A model generated the notes under the pieces. That model was given only the letters and a program-made list of their open reading frames with translations, searched no databases and was not told the DNA's origin. A stretch of DNA of 63,848 nt, filler included, from Hyphochytrium catenoides (taxonomy: Eukaryota; Protista; Hyphochytriomycota): the NCBI GenBank assembly GCA_900088475.1. It is 12 parts of 12 records of this genome, joined end to end, with 100 filler letters (N's around TTAATTAATTAA, not from the genome) between each part and the next. Parts side by side here need not be neighbours in the genome. Positions count along the whole stretch, not along the records: positions 1 to 18,152 come from FLMG01002697.1; positions 18,253 to 21,200 come from FLMG01004646.1; positions 21,301 to 28,002 come from FLMG01000851.1; positions 28,103 to 31,885 come from FLMG01003970.1; 8 more parts are not named here. One strand, written 5' to 3'. Positions 17,230-30,392 of this stretch are shown one piece after another. Numbering within the stretch: position 1 is the first letter of the stretch; every line of letters begins with the position of its first letter. The translations under genes and the position numbers were made by a program.

Positions 17230-18152
17230 CTTTTCTCTCTATTTAACTTCTTCTATCTCTTGATCTTTGCCCTGTGTGTCTGTTTCTCCTTTTCCGGTCG
17301 CCCGCCTGCCCTATGTCTCCCTTTGTCTCCTGTCTATCGCTTGCTGTGTCTGTACCTAGTCTCTTGTCTCTCTGACATTCTTTTCTCTCTCTTTTTAGTC
17401 TCCACTCGGTTCAGCCGCAACCCTTTCAACTTCTCTCTAGTCACCGCGGACAAGGAGGTGCTAGAGTGCATGGCCACGGACGAGACCAACTATCGCCACT
17501 GGGTGAGAGGCTCTTTCCTTCTCAAGGCCACACCCTACCTCGTTCTCTCTCTTTCTCTCTCTCTCGTTTCGTCCCGCTCTTTTTCTCTCTCATCCTCTTC
17601 TTGTATCTTCTTGTATGTCTCCGTCAGGAGCCTTAGCTCTCACAGATCTCTCTCTCTCCATTTACGTCTCTTCTTCTTTTCTCATAGCTTCTAAGGTTTA
17701 GAATTACTGACGTCGACCAAGACGCTGTCTTTCCCTACACCTGTGGTTCTAGCTCAAAGCTCTCTCTCTCTCTCTCTCTCTTCCACCTCTTCTCTTGTCC
17801 TTTTGTCTCTCGCCTAGGGCCTTCTCGCCTCTCTTTTCTGCTCACCCATATCTCTGTCTGTTGCCCCGGAAGTCTCTGCCTCTTTTTGTCCGTCTGTCTT
17901 TGCCCCTTTATGACTCTTTCTCACCCCTCCTCTCTTCCTGCTGTTTCGCAGATCCAGGCACTGAAAGGAAGTTCAGATGGAGAAGATAGAGAAGAAGAGG
18001 AAGACACAGGCTTTGAGCCTGTCAGACCAACATCTTACTCGATCTGCAGTGACGGGGAAGAGAAAGAGGGAGAGAGAGAGAAAGAACGAGAGGTGGACGA
18101 TCTAACAAGAGAAGAGAACATGGAAGAGATATATGCTCGCCTGCAAGTCGAG
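16116..18152 (+). CDS. Multi-exon hypothetical protein with a conserved protist module and a probable C-terminal PH domain; truncated at contig end
   Basis: LLIVDVVIAEGRTAPLFIHEGDDPIALAQQFVGQHGI module, then PH-like segments RGELLIALE..FFAVL..LELFESE / FSLVTADKEVLECMATDETNYRHWV(R)GLELL in exons separated by CT-rich introns. Confidence 0.55.
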
Positions 18153-18252
18153 NNNNNNNNNNNNNNNNNNNNNNNNNNNNNNNNNNNNNNNNNNNNTTAA
18201 TTAATTAANNNNNNNNNNNNNNNNNNNNNNNNNNNNNNNNNNNNNNNNNNNN
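18153..18252. other. Artificial contig linker N44-TTAATTAATTAA-N44 (also at 21201, 28003, 31886, 33841, 42789, 47814, 49560, 53287, 59805, 62185)
   Basis: Identical 100-nt spacer with stop codons in all six frames, present 11 times. Confidence 0.98.
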
Positions 18253-18436
18253 GGCGTCCTCATTTAACCAGCTCCCTTCTTTTCTCTCCGTCCCTTCTCC
18301 GGCGAGCCTCTCCCCTCTCTCTCTTACATCTCCTCCTACTGCATTTCCTTGACTTCCACTCTGACTGACGCTCCTTCGACTTATATTTATAAGTGTATCC
18401 GCCTATCGAACAGTCTCTTGCACTTTCCCCTCCTTC

Positions 18437-18498
<62 letters not shown>

Positions 18499-18846
18499 TT
18501 TCTCTCTCTCTCTCTTTCTCTCTCTTTCACTCTCTCTCTCGCCCCTTTAGCTCGTCTTCCTCTCTGTCTCACACTCGCCCGCATGCTCTTTCTTCCTTCC
18601 CCTCTTCGGGACTAAAGACATTGTCTCTCGGCTTATCAGTCCCACTCTCAGTCCTCCCGTCACAAAACTTTTCCCTTATTGCCTCTGTTCTCCTTTCTCT
18701 TTACGGCGCTGCGCCGGACCCAAAGAGAGAAGAGACCACAAGGGAGACGCAATAAGCAGTCTCCCCCTCATGGAGTGACAAGAGAGAAACTTGAATAACG
18801 AGAGAGAAAGAAAGAGAGAGAGAGATTGCGCCTTAGGAGCGTGTCA

Positions 18847-21200
18847 ATGGCTGGCAGCACTTGTTTGTCTGTTGATCAGCATCAGCACCGCCCGCCACAG
18901 CCCAACAACGCAGAAGAGAGAGAAGAAGAAGAACTTACTTCTGTACCCCCGTCTTTCTCTCCTCATCTCCCTTCCTCTCCCTTTGGAGTCAAGTCTACGA
19001 TGAAGAAACTCTTTCCTTTGATGGCGGAGAAGAACTCCATACCAGAGAGTGCACCGATGGAGTGTCTCCCCAATCCTCCTTCTCTCTCTTCTCTCTCTTA
19101 CGACTCTCTCTCTCCTCCCACGCCTTCTTTCTCTCCTCCCAAAGGAGGAGGAGGAAGCCCTGCCGACCGCATCGCCCAGCTTCTCCATAACAGCGCTCTC
19201 TCTCTCTCTATGAAGACGTTCCGCTTGAGTTTGAAGAGATCCGCTCGCTCTCCTCCTTCCTCTCGCTCTCCCTCTCTCTTCCACCGGCGTCAGTCTCTCT
19301 CACCCAGTAAACATAAAGAGAAAGAGAAGAGTAAAGGAAGAAAGTCTCTCACTGGTTTTGGAGACAGTAAAGGAGGGATATGGAAGTGGAGAGAAGGAGA
19401 GAAAGAGAGAGAAAGACACAGTCCCTCTTCTCTTCCTCTCTCTTCTCTCTCGCTTACGCCTCTTACCCGTCTTGTAGATGGGAAGACTGGCCGAGCATCG
19501 GTAGTGCAACTGCTTCCTCCTTCCTCAAGAGAAGAAGAAAGAGAAGAGACTCCCGAGGTGAAAGGAGGAGACCAAGGAGAAGAGAAAGAGAGAGGGCCCA
19601 CAGAGAGAAGGGAGGGCGATGGGAGAGCGCAAGATGCGTCTTTCCTCACGTTGAGAGAGGAGCTGGAAGAATTCTCTGTCCTGAATCAAGCTTCGGCTCT
19701 TATCTTCCCTGCATATCTCTCTCTTGAAGAGAGAAGAGACATCAAGGAGATTGGGAAGATGTTGGGCTTCCTCGTACAAGACGACGGGGAAGGGAAGCCG
19801 ATAACAGTGAGAAAGGAGAAGAAAGAGGGAGAGGATGTCTCTTCTCTCTCCTCTCTCCCGCCTGATTGTGAGATATCAATAGGAGGAGAGACAGATGATA
19901 TCTATATTAACATCCCGGACTTAGCGGCCAGAAGACGGAGAGAGAAAGAACATATAGGAAAAGGAACATCCACTGATCCTTCTCTCTCTTCCTTTCCATC
20001 ACCATCTCTCTCTTCTCCTCTCTCTCTCCCTTTGTCTCCCACCACCAGCGCCTCTTCTTCACCCTCTCTCCCTCTCTCCCCTCAGGAGCAGGATGTGGAG
20101 ATGCTTCTTCTCTCCCTTCCCCCTCGACAATGCAGAACGCAACGCCTCCACTCTTTCTCAGGAAGAAAGAGAAACCTCTTGAAGGATATTTTGGACTCCG
20201 AAGAAGAGAGGGGAGAGAACACTCTTCTCTCTGTTGAAGAATGTGAGGGAGGCGTCTATGAGTTGCAAAGAGGAGGGAAGGAAAGAGAGAAAGAGGGAGA
20301 CAGAGAGAGAGAAACAGTGGCAATCTTTAAGCCTCTAGATGAGGAAGGATTTGTGAGAGAAGGGCTCACAAAGGGCGAAGGCGCAGTCAGAGAACTTGCC
20401 GCCTACCNNNNNNNNNNNNNNNNNNNNNNNNNNNNNNNNNNNNNNNNNNNNNNNNNNNNNNNNNNNNGTGCAGCGCTATATCCGCACAACAATGGGAAGC
20501 CTGGCAGACTTCGGGATGCCTTCCTCTCTCTCTGAAGCCACAGCGTTTCTCCCCGTGGAAGAGGTGCAGAAGGTTGCAGTGCTGGACCTTAGGCTCTTTA
20601 ACACGGACAGACACCTGGGGAACCTTCTCTTGGAGGGAGAGAGAAAGCCTTTCCGCCTTGTTCCTATTGATCATGGATGCATCCTCCCTTCCTGGTACAA
20701 TCTAGCAGGTATGAAGGAGACAGAAGAAAGAGCAGGCTTGGGGTGATCGGCCACGCTGCCTTTCTTCTCTCTCTCTCGTTTCTGCCGCTTCGTCCCTCTG
20801 TCTCTCTTTCTCTCTCTCTCTCTCTCTCTGCCTACCTTGTCCTTTTTCTACCTCTCTCTTCCTCACTTTGTCTTGCCTCTTCTCTCGGTTATTATCATTG
20901 TTGCCTACTTTCGCTCAAGCTCTTCGTCTCGCTACGCTTGCTCACTCCATCCCCCAGACCTGTTACATGCGCAAGCGAACAACCCTCTCTCTTTCCCAGT
21001 TCCTTTTCTCCTCCTCATTGTCCCAAGCCCCTGCTGCTCATCTTACCGTTTCCTCGTCTCTCTCTTTCTTAAGTCTCGGCACTCACTCTCCTCTCTCTTT
21101 TGCACAGAGGCTCGCTTTGACTGGGTAGAATGGGTTCAGTCCAGAGAACCTTTCTCTCCCTCTGTTCTCTCTATTATCAAGAAGATCAACGCGGAGGTTG
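18847..21200 (+). CDS. Type II (gamma-like) phosphatidylinositol 4-kinase with an upstream R3H-like module; internal N-gap, 3' truncated
   Basis: GGVY..VAIFKPLDEE..GEGAVRELAAY [gap] QRYI..EEVQKVAVLDLRLFNTDRHLGNLL..LVPIDHGCILP, then after an intron (20709-21107) EARFDWVEWVQSREPFS. Confidence 0.88.
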
Positions 21201-21733
21201 NNNNNNNNNNNNNNNNNNNNNNNNNNNNNNNNNNNNNNNNNNNNTTAATTAATTAANNNNNNNNNNNNNNNNNNNNNNNNNNNNNNNNNNNNNNNNNNNN
21301 TGCTCTCTTCCTCTTACATCCAGCCTTGCTCCTCATCATCGTCATCACCTCATCCCCTCAAGAGAGGGGAAGTTGGATGGGAGACGCCTGTGAAAGCACT
21401 CAATCAATCTGAATCTCATAGTCCATGCTTCTGATGTTCTGATGGCATTTCCAGAGCTCCTCCTGTACATGAAGGGCGTTAGCGGCTCTGAGCGCGGTGG
21501 TCTCCACTCAACACTCGATGATTGATGATGATTTGGGCCAGATGGTTACTCACTCATTACATGGGGAATGGGGACGGCAGAGGACCTGACAATGCCAGCA
21601 TAGCAGGACAATCGCAGAGTCATCTTCCAGAAAGAAGTCTGGAACTGCCTCGAACTTGTTATCGGGGTCGTCCTCTGCATAAGCCCTTATACCTATCTAC
21701 GTCGAAGGCCGTGCCGTTCGGTTTTCAGGAGTG

Positions 21734-24700
21734 ATGAAGGGCAAGAAGGGTAAGGGAGGCGCGAACAAGAGGGCCAGAGGCGGTGGAGGAAGAACAGGCA
21801 AAAAGAAGCAAAAGCTTAACTCATGGGGCGAGGCGAAGGTTCATGGTGCGCCAAAGGAAGACTTCGAGCCGGAAGACGAAGATCGTCATGGTAAGTGCAA
21901 CTTCAGTATCTGTCTTTCATCTTGGGCTTAGGGCTGTTCGCAGTCACCTTGTCTTCGGGACGACGCATCACCCTGCTGCAGCAGATGAAGCAGAGGAAGC
22001 TTGAGCTGCGGGCGCTCAAGCGGCAAGCCGAGGCGGAGAAAGCCTTTAAGCGCATTGTTCCAAAGAAGAAAAGGAAGTTTGTAACCAAGAAGATGTTACA
22101 ACAAGCAAAACTACAAGAGCAACGGCAGGCAAATCGGCAGTCCATTCATGAAGAAGCGACCGATAGTGATGATGGCAGCAGCGATGACGTGGGGAACGAT
22201 TCACTTGGAGCCTACCGGTCGCTTCTTTCCCAGCTTGAGAACACTCGACCCGTGGAAGAGCCTGTCACAGAAGATGAAGCAGAAGACGATTCTTTGGAGG
22301 ATGAGGAGGACGAAGAAGAAGGAGACGAAGAAGAGATTGAGATGACAGAAGCTGAATTCCTTGAGTACCAAAGGAAGCACAAGGGGGAGTTTGAGATAGT
22401 TGAGGCACCAAAAGAGCCTGCGCAGCGATCTACTCATGAGGCAATCGATGAGGAGGAAGAGCAACCAACTGATGAAGAGCTCGAAGAAGAAGGACCAGCA
22501 GGGGACCGGATCAAGGGCGGTAAGAACCTACCAGTAGATCTTTTGCCCATGAATATGCCTTGTTACTCACGACATGCTGCAGAGAAGGAGAAGTTCTACG
22601 CTAGCGACGACGAGGGGTTGGATGAAAGTGACGGCGAAACCGGTACCGAAGATGAGCGGAATAGCGACGGAAAACAAGAGGAAGGTGAGAAGGCAAGTCA
22701 GAGCCTTTTCATGGGTCGCTACTTTTCAACGGAGCTAAGCGATGACGAGGTCATGAAACTGGAGAAAGAGCAAGGGTCTCGATTCGTCACGGAGACGAAG
22801 GCCGATGTTGTGGTTGAGGGCAAAAAGATGACGTTGGAAGTTTGTCGTCAGGTCGATGAGCCCGTTCGTAACCCCCTTCATAAACCTGAGGAGCTTCTCG
22901 AGGTACTGAGGCCCAAGTTAGCGGACAGATGGAAGGAGCTGCGCGACAGTGAGTTGTCGTCTCTTCAGAAGGCTCTGGTACCGACGATCTTTGGTTATCA
23001 AGACCTTCTCCATTGCGCGGAGGATAGTCCGGACCAGAAGAAGGAGCTAAACACGCTGATCGCGACTCACACCTTGAATCATCTTATTAGCCGCCGGAAC
23101 GAGATCTGGAAGAACAATCAGAAGTTAAAGGATCTTGGTTTAAGGAAACAACAAGCTAGGAAACGATTGCACGAGCTTGAACAAAGTGGAGATAAGAAGC
23201 AAAAGAAATCCATCCCGGTGACTCAAGGTGACGAGCTGGATAAAGAGATTGCAGAGTGTAAGAAAATAATCGCACAGGAGTTGGACTGCAAGGATCAAGG
23301 CTTCACGAGGCCAAGTGTTCTGGTGCTTCTGCCGCTGCGGAGCTCTGCCTTGGCTTTTGTCGAGGAGCTACAAAGGTTGCTGCCTACTACAATGAAGACT
23401 CTACATCACAAAGATCGCTTTTATGAGGTGAGACTAAAAGAAGCGCTCGCACACTAGCTCCTTGGCTCTTTTTAACAACCGGCACTCGACTCTCACTCAC
23501 ACTTGATGCGTAGGAGTTTGGGCATGAGGACGAGGAGGAAGAGCCCATTAAGAACAAACCTGCTTCGTGGATGGAGCTTTTCTCAGGGAACAACGATGAC
23601 TGCTTTGAGATTGGCATCAATCTGACGAAAAGGGGTTTAAAGTTCTACTCACGGTTCCTCAACTCCGATCTCATTATTGCGTCTCCTCTGGGCTTGAGAA
23701 TGACGATTGGCGGGGAGGGCGACAGCCGCAGGTTGGTGAAGTATCGGGAATGACGCTAGAAGAAATCAAGAGCATGCAAGAGCGAACGTTTTCAAGGGAG
23801 GGAAGAAGTTTACATAGCGGTTCCGTTATATTGTGGGAATGAGCCTATTCCAGCCTAGTATACGCAGGTGCACGTGTTGCTAACGCTGGGCACATTCTCC
23901 TCCTCACGTATAGGGAGTATGATTTCCTCTCTTCGATAGACCTGCTCTTTATGGATCAGACGGATTTGTTTCTAATGCAGAACTGGAGCCATGTTGTGGA
24001 CATCATGAAAGTGTTGAATAGTATGCCGAAGGACTCCAGCAGCACCGACTTCTCAAGGTAAACCATTACTGGCAATTTCTCAGTCTCAGAGATGCTCAGG
24101 CTGAGCTATCCCTAACACACTATTTACGTTTTTGTTGGATTAATCCCACCTTCCCAGAGTTCACGACTACGCACTATCAAGTCATAGCCGGTTTTATAGA
24201 CAGACTATTATTCTCTCTCGTCATCAAGACCCTCTGATCAATGCGCTATTCAAGAAACATTGCCATAATATGTTTGGGAAGGTTAAGGTGAGTGTAACCC
24301 TATTGACCTTCTGACATTTGTCCTGAACCCAATACGGCACGTTAAGGTCCTCTCACCCTTATGTCTTCCAGGTCCGCCGCCAGTATGAAGGGAGCTTGAA
24401 CAAGGTTATGGCTCGAGTCCGTCAGGTCTTCCAAAGGGTGCCTTCTACGTCTCTGGTGTCGGTAGACGACGACAGGTTTCAATATTTTGAAGCAGAAGTG
24501 CTGGAGAGTCTATTGCAGAAGCGCCCGAAGCACACTATGATTTTCGTACCTTCGTACTTTGACTTTGTCCGGGTTCGAAACGTGCTGATAAAGAAGGTAA
24601 CGTGCAGCGATGTGGCTGTTTGGTGTAGCGAATACTTGTCGGTCTCCTGAGCTCACGCCTCTCACTGTGCTCTCTACACTTTGCATGTACCCATAGGAGG

Positions 24701-25118
24701 CATCATTTGTTGCTTGCAGTGAGTATACCCCCAGCGGTGAAATAAGCCGAGCCAGAACGTGGTTCTTTCACGGAAAACGGGATATTTTGCTTTGCACAGG
24801 GCGATTCCACTTTTTCCGTCGGTATAAACTAAGAGGAGCGCGGAGTGTTATCTTTTATTCCCCCCCCTTGTATGACTACTCATACCATGAGGTGAGCGCC
24901 TTCAACCAATAGTTCAGTATAGTGATGGCCTTCTCATGACTCACAGAGCGATGCTGCAGGTGCTGAATGCTTTGGATGACGCAGAAAGCCTGTCTGTCAC
25001 AACGACCTCTTTGGTCCTCTACTCCCCGTTTGATGCGTTTGCACTGGAAAGAATCGTGGGAAGTAGCAGGGCGCGAAGGTTGATTGAATCCGAAAAGTCA
25101 ACATTCCTCTTCTCCTAA
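21734..25118 (+). CDS. UTP25: U3 snoRNA-associated protein 25 (Def/DIEXF), about 8 exons
   Basis: Acidic N-terminus, then YQDLL..HTLNHL..KDQGFTRPSVLVLLPLRSSA, FSGNNDDCFEIGI..FYSRFLNSDLIIASPLGLR, YDFLSSIDLLFMDQ..MQNWSHV, MIFVPSYFDFVRVRN, RFHFFRRYKLRG, ALERIVGS. GT-AG introns fit. Confidence 0.95.
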
Positions 25119-25547
25119 GGCAATGCTTTCTTGAGGCGGGTGTTGAGTCTCACATTCATTATCTATAAATGGCAGTAGCCATAGCATTCGACCCTCCCCA
25201 GACTAGATCTTGTACTGCGTCCGGATGGACGGCCAGCAGTCACGCTGCAGTTTGGCCTCCATCCCTACAGCACAAAGCCGGATTGTCTACAAGCCCCCAG
25301 GATGGCTCCTAGCCGCGACAATCAGTTGAAAAAGGAGCTGTATCATTATTTATTAAGATTTTGTACATCCCTTCGGCACCTGTCATCCTCCTAGGTACCT
25401 TCCGCCGTTGGCTGCTATTTGTACATATTAAGCATGTAGCTACAACGCTCCAGATCATCTTCTTCTATCTACATACCTCCCCCAGAGCCCCTGCAAACTA
25501 CCACGATCTCCTTATAGAGCAGGTGGCTCAAGTGTGTGAGTTATCTA

Positions 25548-26167
25548 TCAGCATGAACAGCTATACCGTCCCAGAAAAGGCCTTTCTGAGCGCGTTGGCT
25601 TTCGATCACTAGGGACAAGAACCGGTTGTGACCCTTCCCTGACTTTGTAATCTCTAGAGCTATTGAAGTTGCGCTCGATCTCCTTTCGCAAAGCTTCGAT
25701 GTCATCTGTCCGGAGAAAACGCAAGTCCATCACTAGGGGGTTGCCCACCCGAGATGGCGGGCTCGTAAACGTAATGTCAACCGGAGTTTGCATGCCTTCC
25801 CACTCGAGCTGACATTCATCTTCACTCTCACCCTCCAGAACCAACGTGCTTCTGGGTGAGCTCAGATATGAAGAGGGATAAGAGTTCCCAAGATGGTCAT
25901 TGTCTTGATATTCATCATCCTCCTTCTTGGACCTGCACAGTTGACGTCGGCAAAGGGATTGGAAGAGACCAAGCCATAATGCACTTACCACCCATCGTCT
26001 GAGTCCCGCAATAAAACTTCAGTGGAGACAATTCGCTGTGGCCTCGGAACTATAATATTGCCGTCATAAACGACTTGAGCAACTTGTGGTGACTGAGATA
26101 GCTCGTCTTGACCGTGCCGAGCACCATTCAGATTTGCTTCAGCTAGAGCAATGCTTCTTCGTAACAT
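25548..26167 (-). CDS. Two-exon 187-aa uncharacterised protein (exons 26167-25989 and 25932-25548)
   Basis: A 56-nt GTAAGT..TGCAG intron joins two track ORFs in frame. Contains the motifs IIVPRPQR and FTSPPSRVGNPLVMDLRF. Confidence 0.65.
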
Positions 26168-29124
26168 CTGTTAGCTGCTGCAGAAGGGGGAGGCAAATCA
26201 GATGGTCTGAAAATGAATCGAACTCCTGACTACGCAGCTAACAAATTTGACAACAAAGCGTAAATCAACGTCCGTAGGAGTACGTCTCTTGCTTACGACC
26301 GCCCGCCACTGTGTGACATTCGCATATTCCCCCGTGAAAGTGGTCTTCTGGGGTAGCAGCTTACCTAAAGTAGGATCTGGCTCCTTCAGCGTTGGTAGTC
26401 TCAACGTTAGGCTTTTGATCACGTTGATTATCTCCTCTCTCCTCCTTGGTACCAATATGTGCACTGCCGGGCCTCTCTCCCGCCTAGCTTGCCCTTTCCT
26501 TCTCCCTCTCCCTCCGAGCTGGCCTGGGTATGACCCCGTAAAGAAGAACGCTAGTCAAGGTTCAAGGTACTCCACTTGGACGAATAGACGGAGAAGATGG
26601 TTGATGGTTGGGCCCACGAACAGCCGCCGCCTAAGGCTTTAAATAATCACAAGAGACCTGAGCTGTGAGACGTGAGACGCGAGGCCAGACAGAGCTCGCG
26701 ATTATCTAGTTCTAACATTCACACTATGTATGAGCTGTCTCCCAGGTCTGCATCCCAGGCTGCGCCAGAAATAGGTGCACGGCTTATTATCATGGAGCAA
26801 CAGAGAAAATGGATAGAAACTAAAACAGACAAGAAAGAGAGACTCAAAGACCGCTAAAGTAATAGGGAGCACCGGTAGCGAGATATCCAGTAGAGTATTT
26901 CTATGAACCTGTCCAGAGTACTCTGGTCAGTGAGTGACAAGGACACAAAAGAGGCCCACTCTGGGCTGGAGGAGGAACAGTATTGGAAAAGTGTACTTGG
27001 CAGTTTTCCTAAGCCATACCTCACCCTGGCGGAGCTTCTTTAGGTTAGTGGGGTGGGCGAGTAAAGTGAGCTCATCGTCTACCTCACTACTCACTACTTC
27101 CCCCCCTAAAGCTACCCAAACAGCCCACCCACCCAGAGCGTTTGGCACTTAGGGGTAGGGAGGGTGAGCACCCCACAAACCCCTTCATCGTAGGAGGACA
27201 CAGGGGTAGCAAGTGCTTCTCCTCCCCATAAGGCTTGGTACGCGGTACTTCTGTGTAACTCTATAGACGGAAGTGTGCAAACACCAAACACAAAAATAGC
27301 AATAAATCTATGTTTTGATTTTATTATCTAAAAGGCCTTATGCGAAACACTCTATAACTTACCCACAAAAACTCAAGATGTGAAGAAAGGAAAATAGGGT
27401 GCTAACTTGCTGTTGACGCCTACTAACTAACTCCCTGCTCTGGCACAGTTGTACTTTTACGTACTTCCAACTAATAACTATAATAACTAAATAAAAGTAC
27501 GAGTAGGAACTACCTGCTTGGGAGTGTGAGTGATGTGATGATGGGGCGCAGAACGGCAAAGTTCACACAGATAGAATTGCCTGTAGCAGCGATAACTAGT
27601 GCTAGATTAAGCTAGGGTCCCCTTTAACGATTATTGGGGCTGATATTAGTCCAAGCTTCTGATTGATGGAGCTTCTCATCTGCCCTTCTGGCGCGCGAAG
27701 CACACCTCTGACAGGTCATTCTTGATGGAACTTCAAGATTTGCAGCAAGATCCGCGCTCAACAGCTTAATAACAAGCGGCAAGTTCTACCAGCTGTAACC
27801 CATACTCTGGCGTGTTAGTTCCCATTGCATTAGCATTAGAGTCTTGCCACATCCTTATACCACGGCTTACGAGAGGAAGGAGATTCCGGAGGAGCAATGA
27901 CTAGGAGAAAGAGCAGACATGAGGATAGAGAAGAAGCACACGCACGTGGTAGTCCGAGTGATGGCGAGGATGCCATAGATACGACAAACTTTCTACCCAT
28001 TCNNNNNNNNNNNNNNNNNNNNNNNNNNNNNNNNNNNNNNNNNNNNTTAATTAATTAANNNNNNNNNNNNNNNNNNNNNNNNNNNNNNNNNNNNNNNNNN
28101 NNTCTCTCTCTCTCTCTCTTTTCTCTCTCTCTTGTGTTTCTTTTGCGGTAGTATCCGCATACGTGATCAATGGATTAGAGACAAACATCGCCACTGGGAC
28201 CGGGCTCCGAGGAATCAGATGGCTCAGATCCAACGGAGAAGCGTTCTAAAGACAAAGGAGCAAGCGAGGACAGCAGCAAAGAGAGAGAGAAAGAGAGAGA
28301 AGAGAGAGAAGAGAGAGAATCTGACGAAGCTTCTGAGAGGACAGCAACTTGAAGCAAGAGAAATGAGAGCTCGTCATTTATTTATTCAACTAACTAGACG
28401 TAAGTAGTCAATCACGGAACAACGAGAAGAGGAGAAAAAAAAGAAAGAGAGACACACAGAGAGAGAGAGAAGTTCAGGTTTATATAGAAAGGCTAAGAAA
28501 AAGTAAGAGTCTGACACTAGACGGAGGAGCCGTCATGGATCCCCTTTCTCCTTCAGCTGTTGACTCCTCCTGTCATACAGCTGGACACTGCTCTTGAGAG
28601 GGAGAGAGCGACGAGGAGAGACCAGGGAGAGTAGAGAGAGAGAGGGAGGGTGAGAGAGAGAGACACATACAAAGAGAGGGAGAGCGGGGGCGCGCGCGAG
28701 AGAAAGAGAGACAGAGGGAGAGAGAGACAAAGAGAGAGACAGAGAGTGAAGTTCAGACAGAGGAGAGAGAGGAAGAATTATTACGATAGGGCCAGACAGA
28801 GAAGAGGTAGACGGTACTGATAACTACAAACGGGACCTAGGAGATTACTCCCCTGCACGGTGTGACGCATCTCAGCCTAAGGTATAATATGGGATAACGG
28901 AGTCACGTCACGCGGGCGTTACAGGTTACACTTGCCCATCATGATCGCCCTGTCACTCGATAGTAAGATCTCTTCTTTATTCTCTCTCTTTCTCCCCCTG
29001 GCACGGCCGCGCCTCTCTCTCCCTCTCTCTCCTGTCCCTCCCCGCTCCTCCCTCTCCCTCTCTATTTCGCTCTCTGTCTCTGACTCTCATCTTCTTCCTC
29101 TCTCATTCTCTCTCGCTCTCTCTC

Positions 29125-29158
<34 letters not shown>

Positions 29159-30137
29159 CCTTTCTCTTTCTATCTGCTTGTTCAATGCTCTCTCCCCTTT
29201 CGTTCTTTCCCTTCTCTTTTTCTCCCTTGTAGCGGAAGTTCTCCTCTCGTCTCCCTCTTCGTTTTCAATCATTTCCCTTCCCCTCTCCTTCCTTCTCTCC
29301 CCTCGTCCTCCGTTCCCCTGCAGCGCACTAGCTGGGTCTTCTTTCTCTTCTCTATTGTCGGCCTGGGAGGTTGGATACTCTCTCTCTCCTTCTCCGCCTT
29401 CTTTCCATTCTCTCTCGCTCATTGTCCGATAAATGTCTCTCAAGCGCTAACGCTGAGCTTGGTAGCCGCAGTCACGATACAAGGAGAAGGGAAGACGGGA
29501 AGAGAGAGAAAAGGTATGAAGAGAACCTCTCTTCTCCTTGCAATGGAACGGAGCGGGAGTCATGAGAGATAGGAAGAGAGGTCTAAGCCTTTCTCCTCTC
29601 TGCCCATAGAGCTAGACGAGAAGAAGTGCAAGGCAGAGAAAGAGAGAAATCGGGCCCAAGAGAGAAGAAGGGCAGCAGACACTAGAGAGAGAGAGAGAGA
29701 GAGAAAGAAAGAGAGGGAGAAGATTGGGCGCCGACATAACGGGAGGCGATAGAAGGAAAAGAAGAGAGAGAGAGAGAGAGACCCTGCACCGGAGTCTCTC
29801 CGACACTCGAAATCTGCGCATTCTTCTCCTCCTCCCCCGGCCTGCCGCCGCCTCTCCGGGAGCTCCCGCCACGGCTCCGCTTTTTCTCTCTTCCCTGACT
29901 CTTTTCTCCTTCTACCTTTCCAGCATTGCCTCTCAACTGCCTTTCTTCATATTTCTCTTTCCCTCTCTCTTTTCTTATCTCTCTCTCTCTCTCTCTCCCC
30001 TTTTTGGAGCGTTTGCTCGCCGGTTGTCCTCTTCCCTGCAGGGCACAGGGTTGATAGGGATGGCGCTCTCTCTGTTCTCCCATTTCTCTCTCTCTCTCTT
30101 GTGTGTCTCTCTCTCCCTGTCTCTCTCTCTCTCCCAG

Positions 30138-30361
30138 GATCTCTCCCGCTGCTCTCCCGCTGTCTGCAGTCGCCTCGGCGCCAGCAACTCTTCCTCTTCC
30201 TCTGAGGCCTCAGACTGTCGGTGCCTCTGCGAGCTGAGCGGCGCCTGCAAGTCTTCTCCCTCTGACTGTCTCTCCTTCAACCCAACGTGCAACTGCTTCC
30301 AGTGCGCAGCCTCCAATGATATGTCCAACCCCAACCCCACCAACCAGGTCTCTCTCTCTTT

Positions 30362-30392
<31 letters not shown>

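Noticed and set aside
27123-27134. GCCCACCCACCC recurring at 27123, 41946 and 42095
   Set aside because: Low-complexity 12-mer with no extended flanking similarity; could be a transposon subterminal motif but unsupported.
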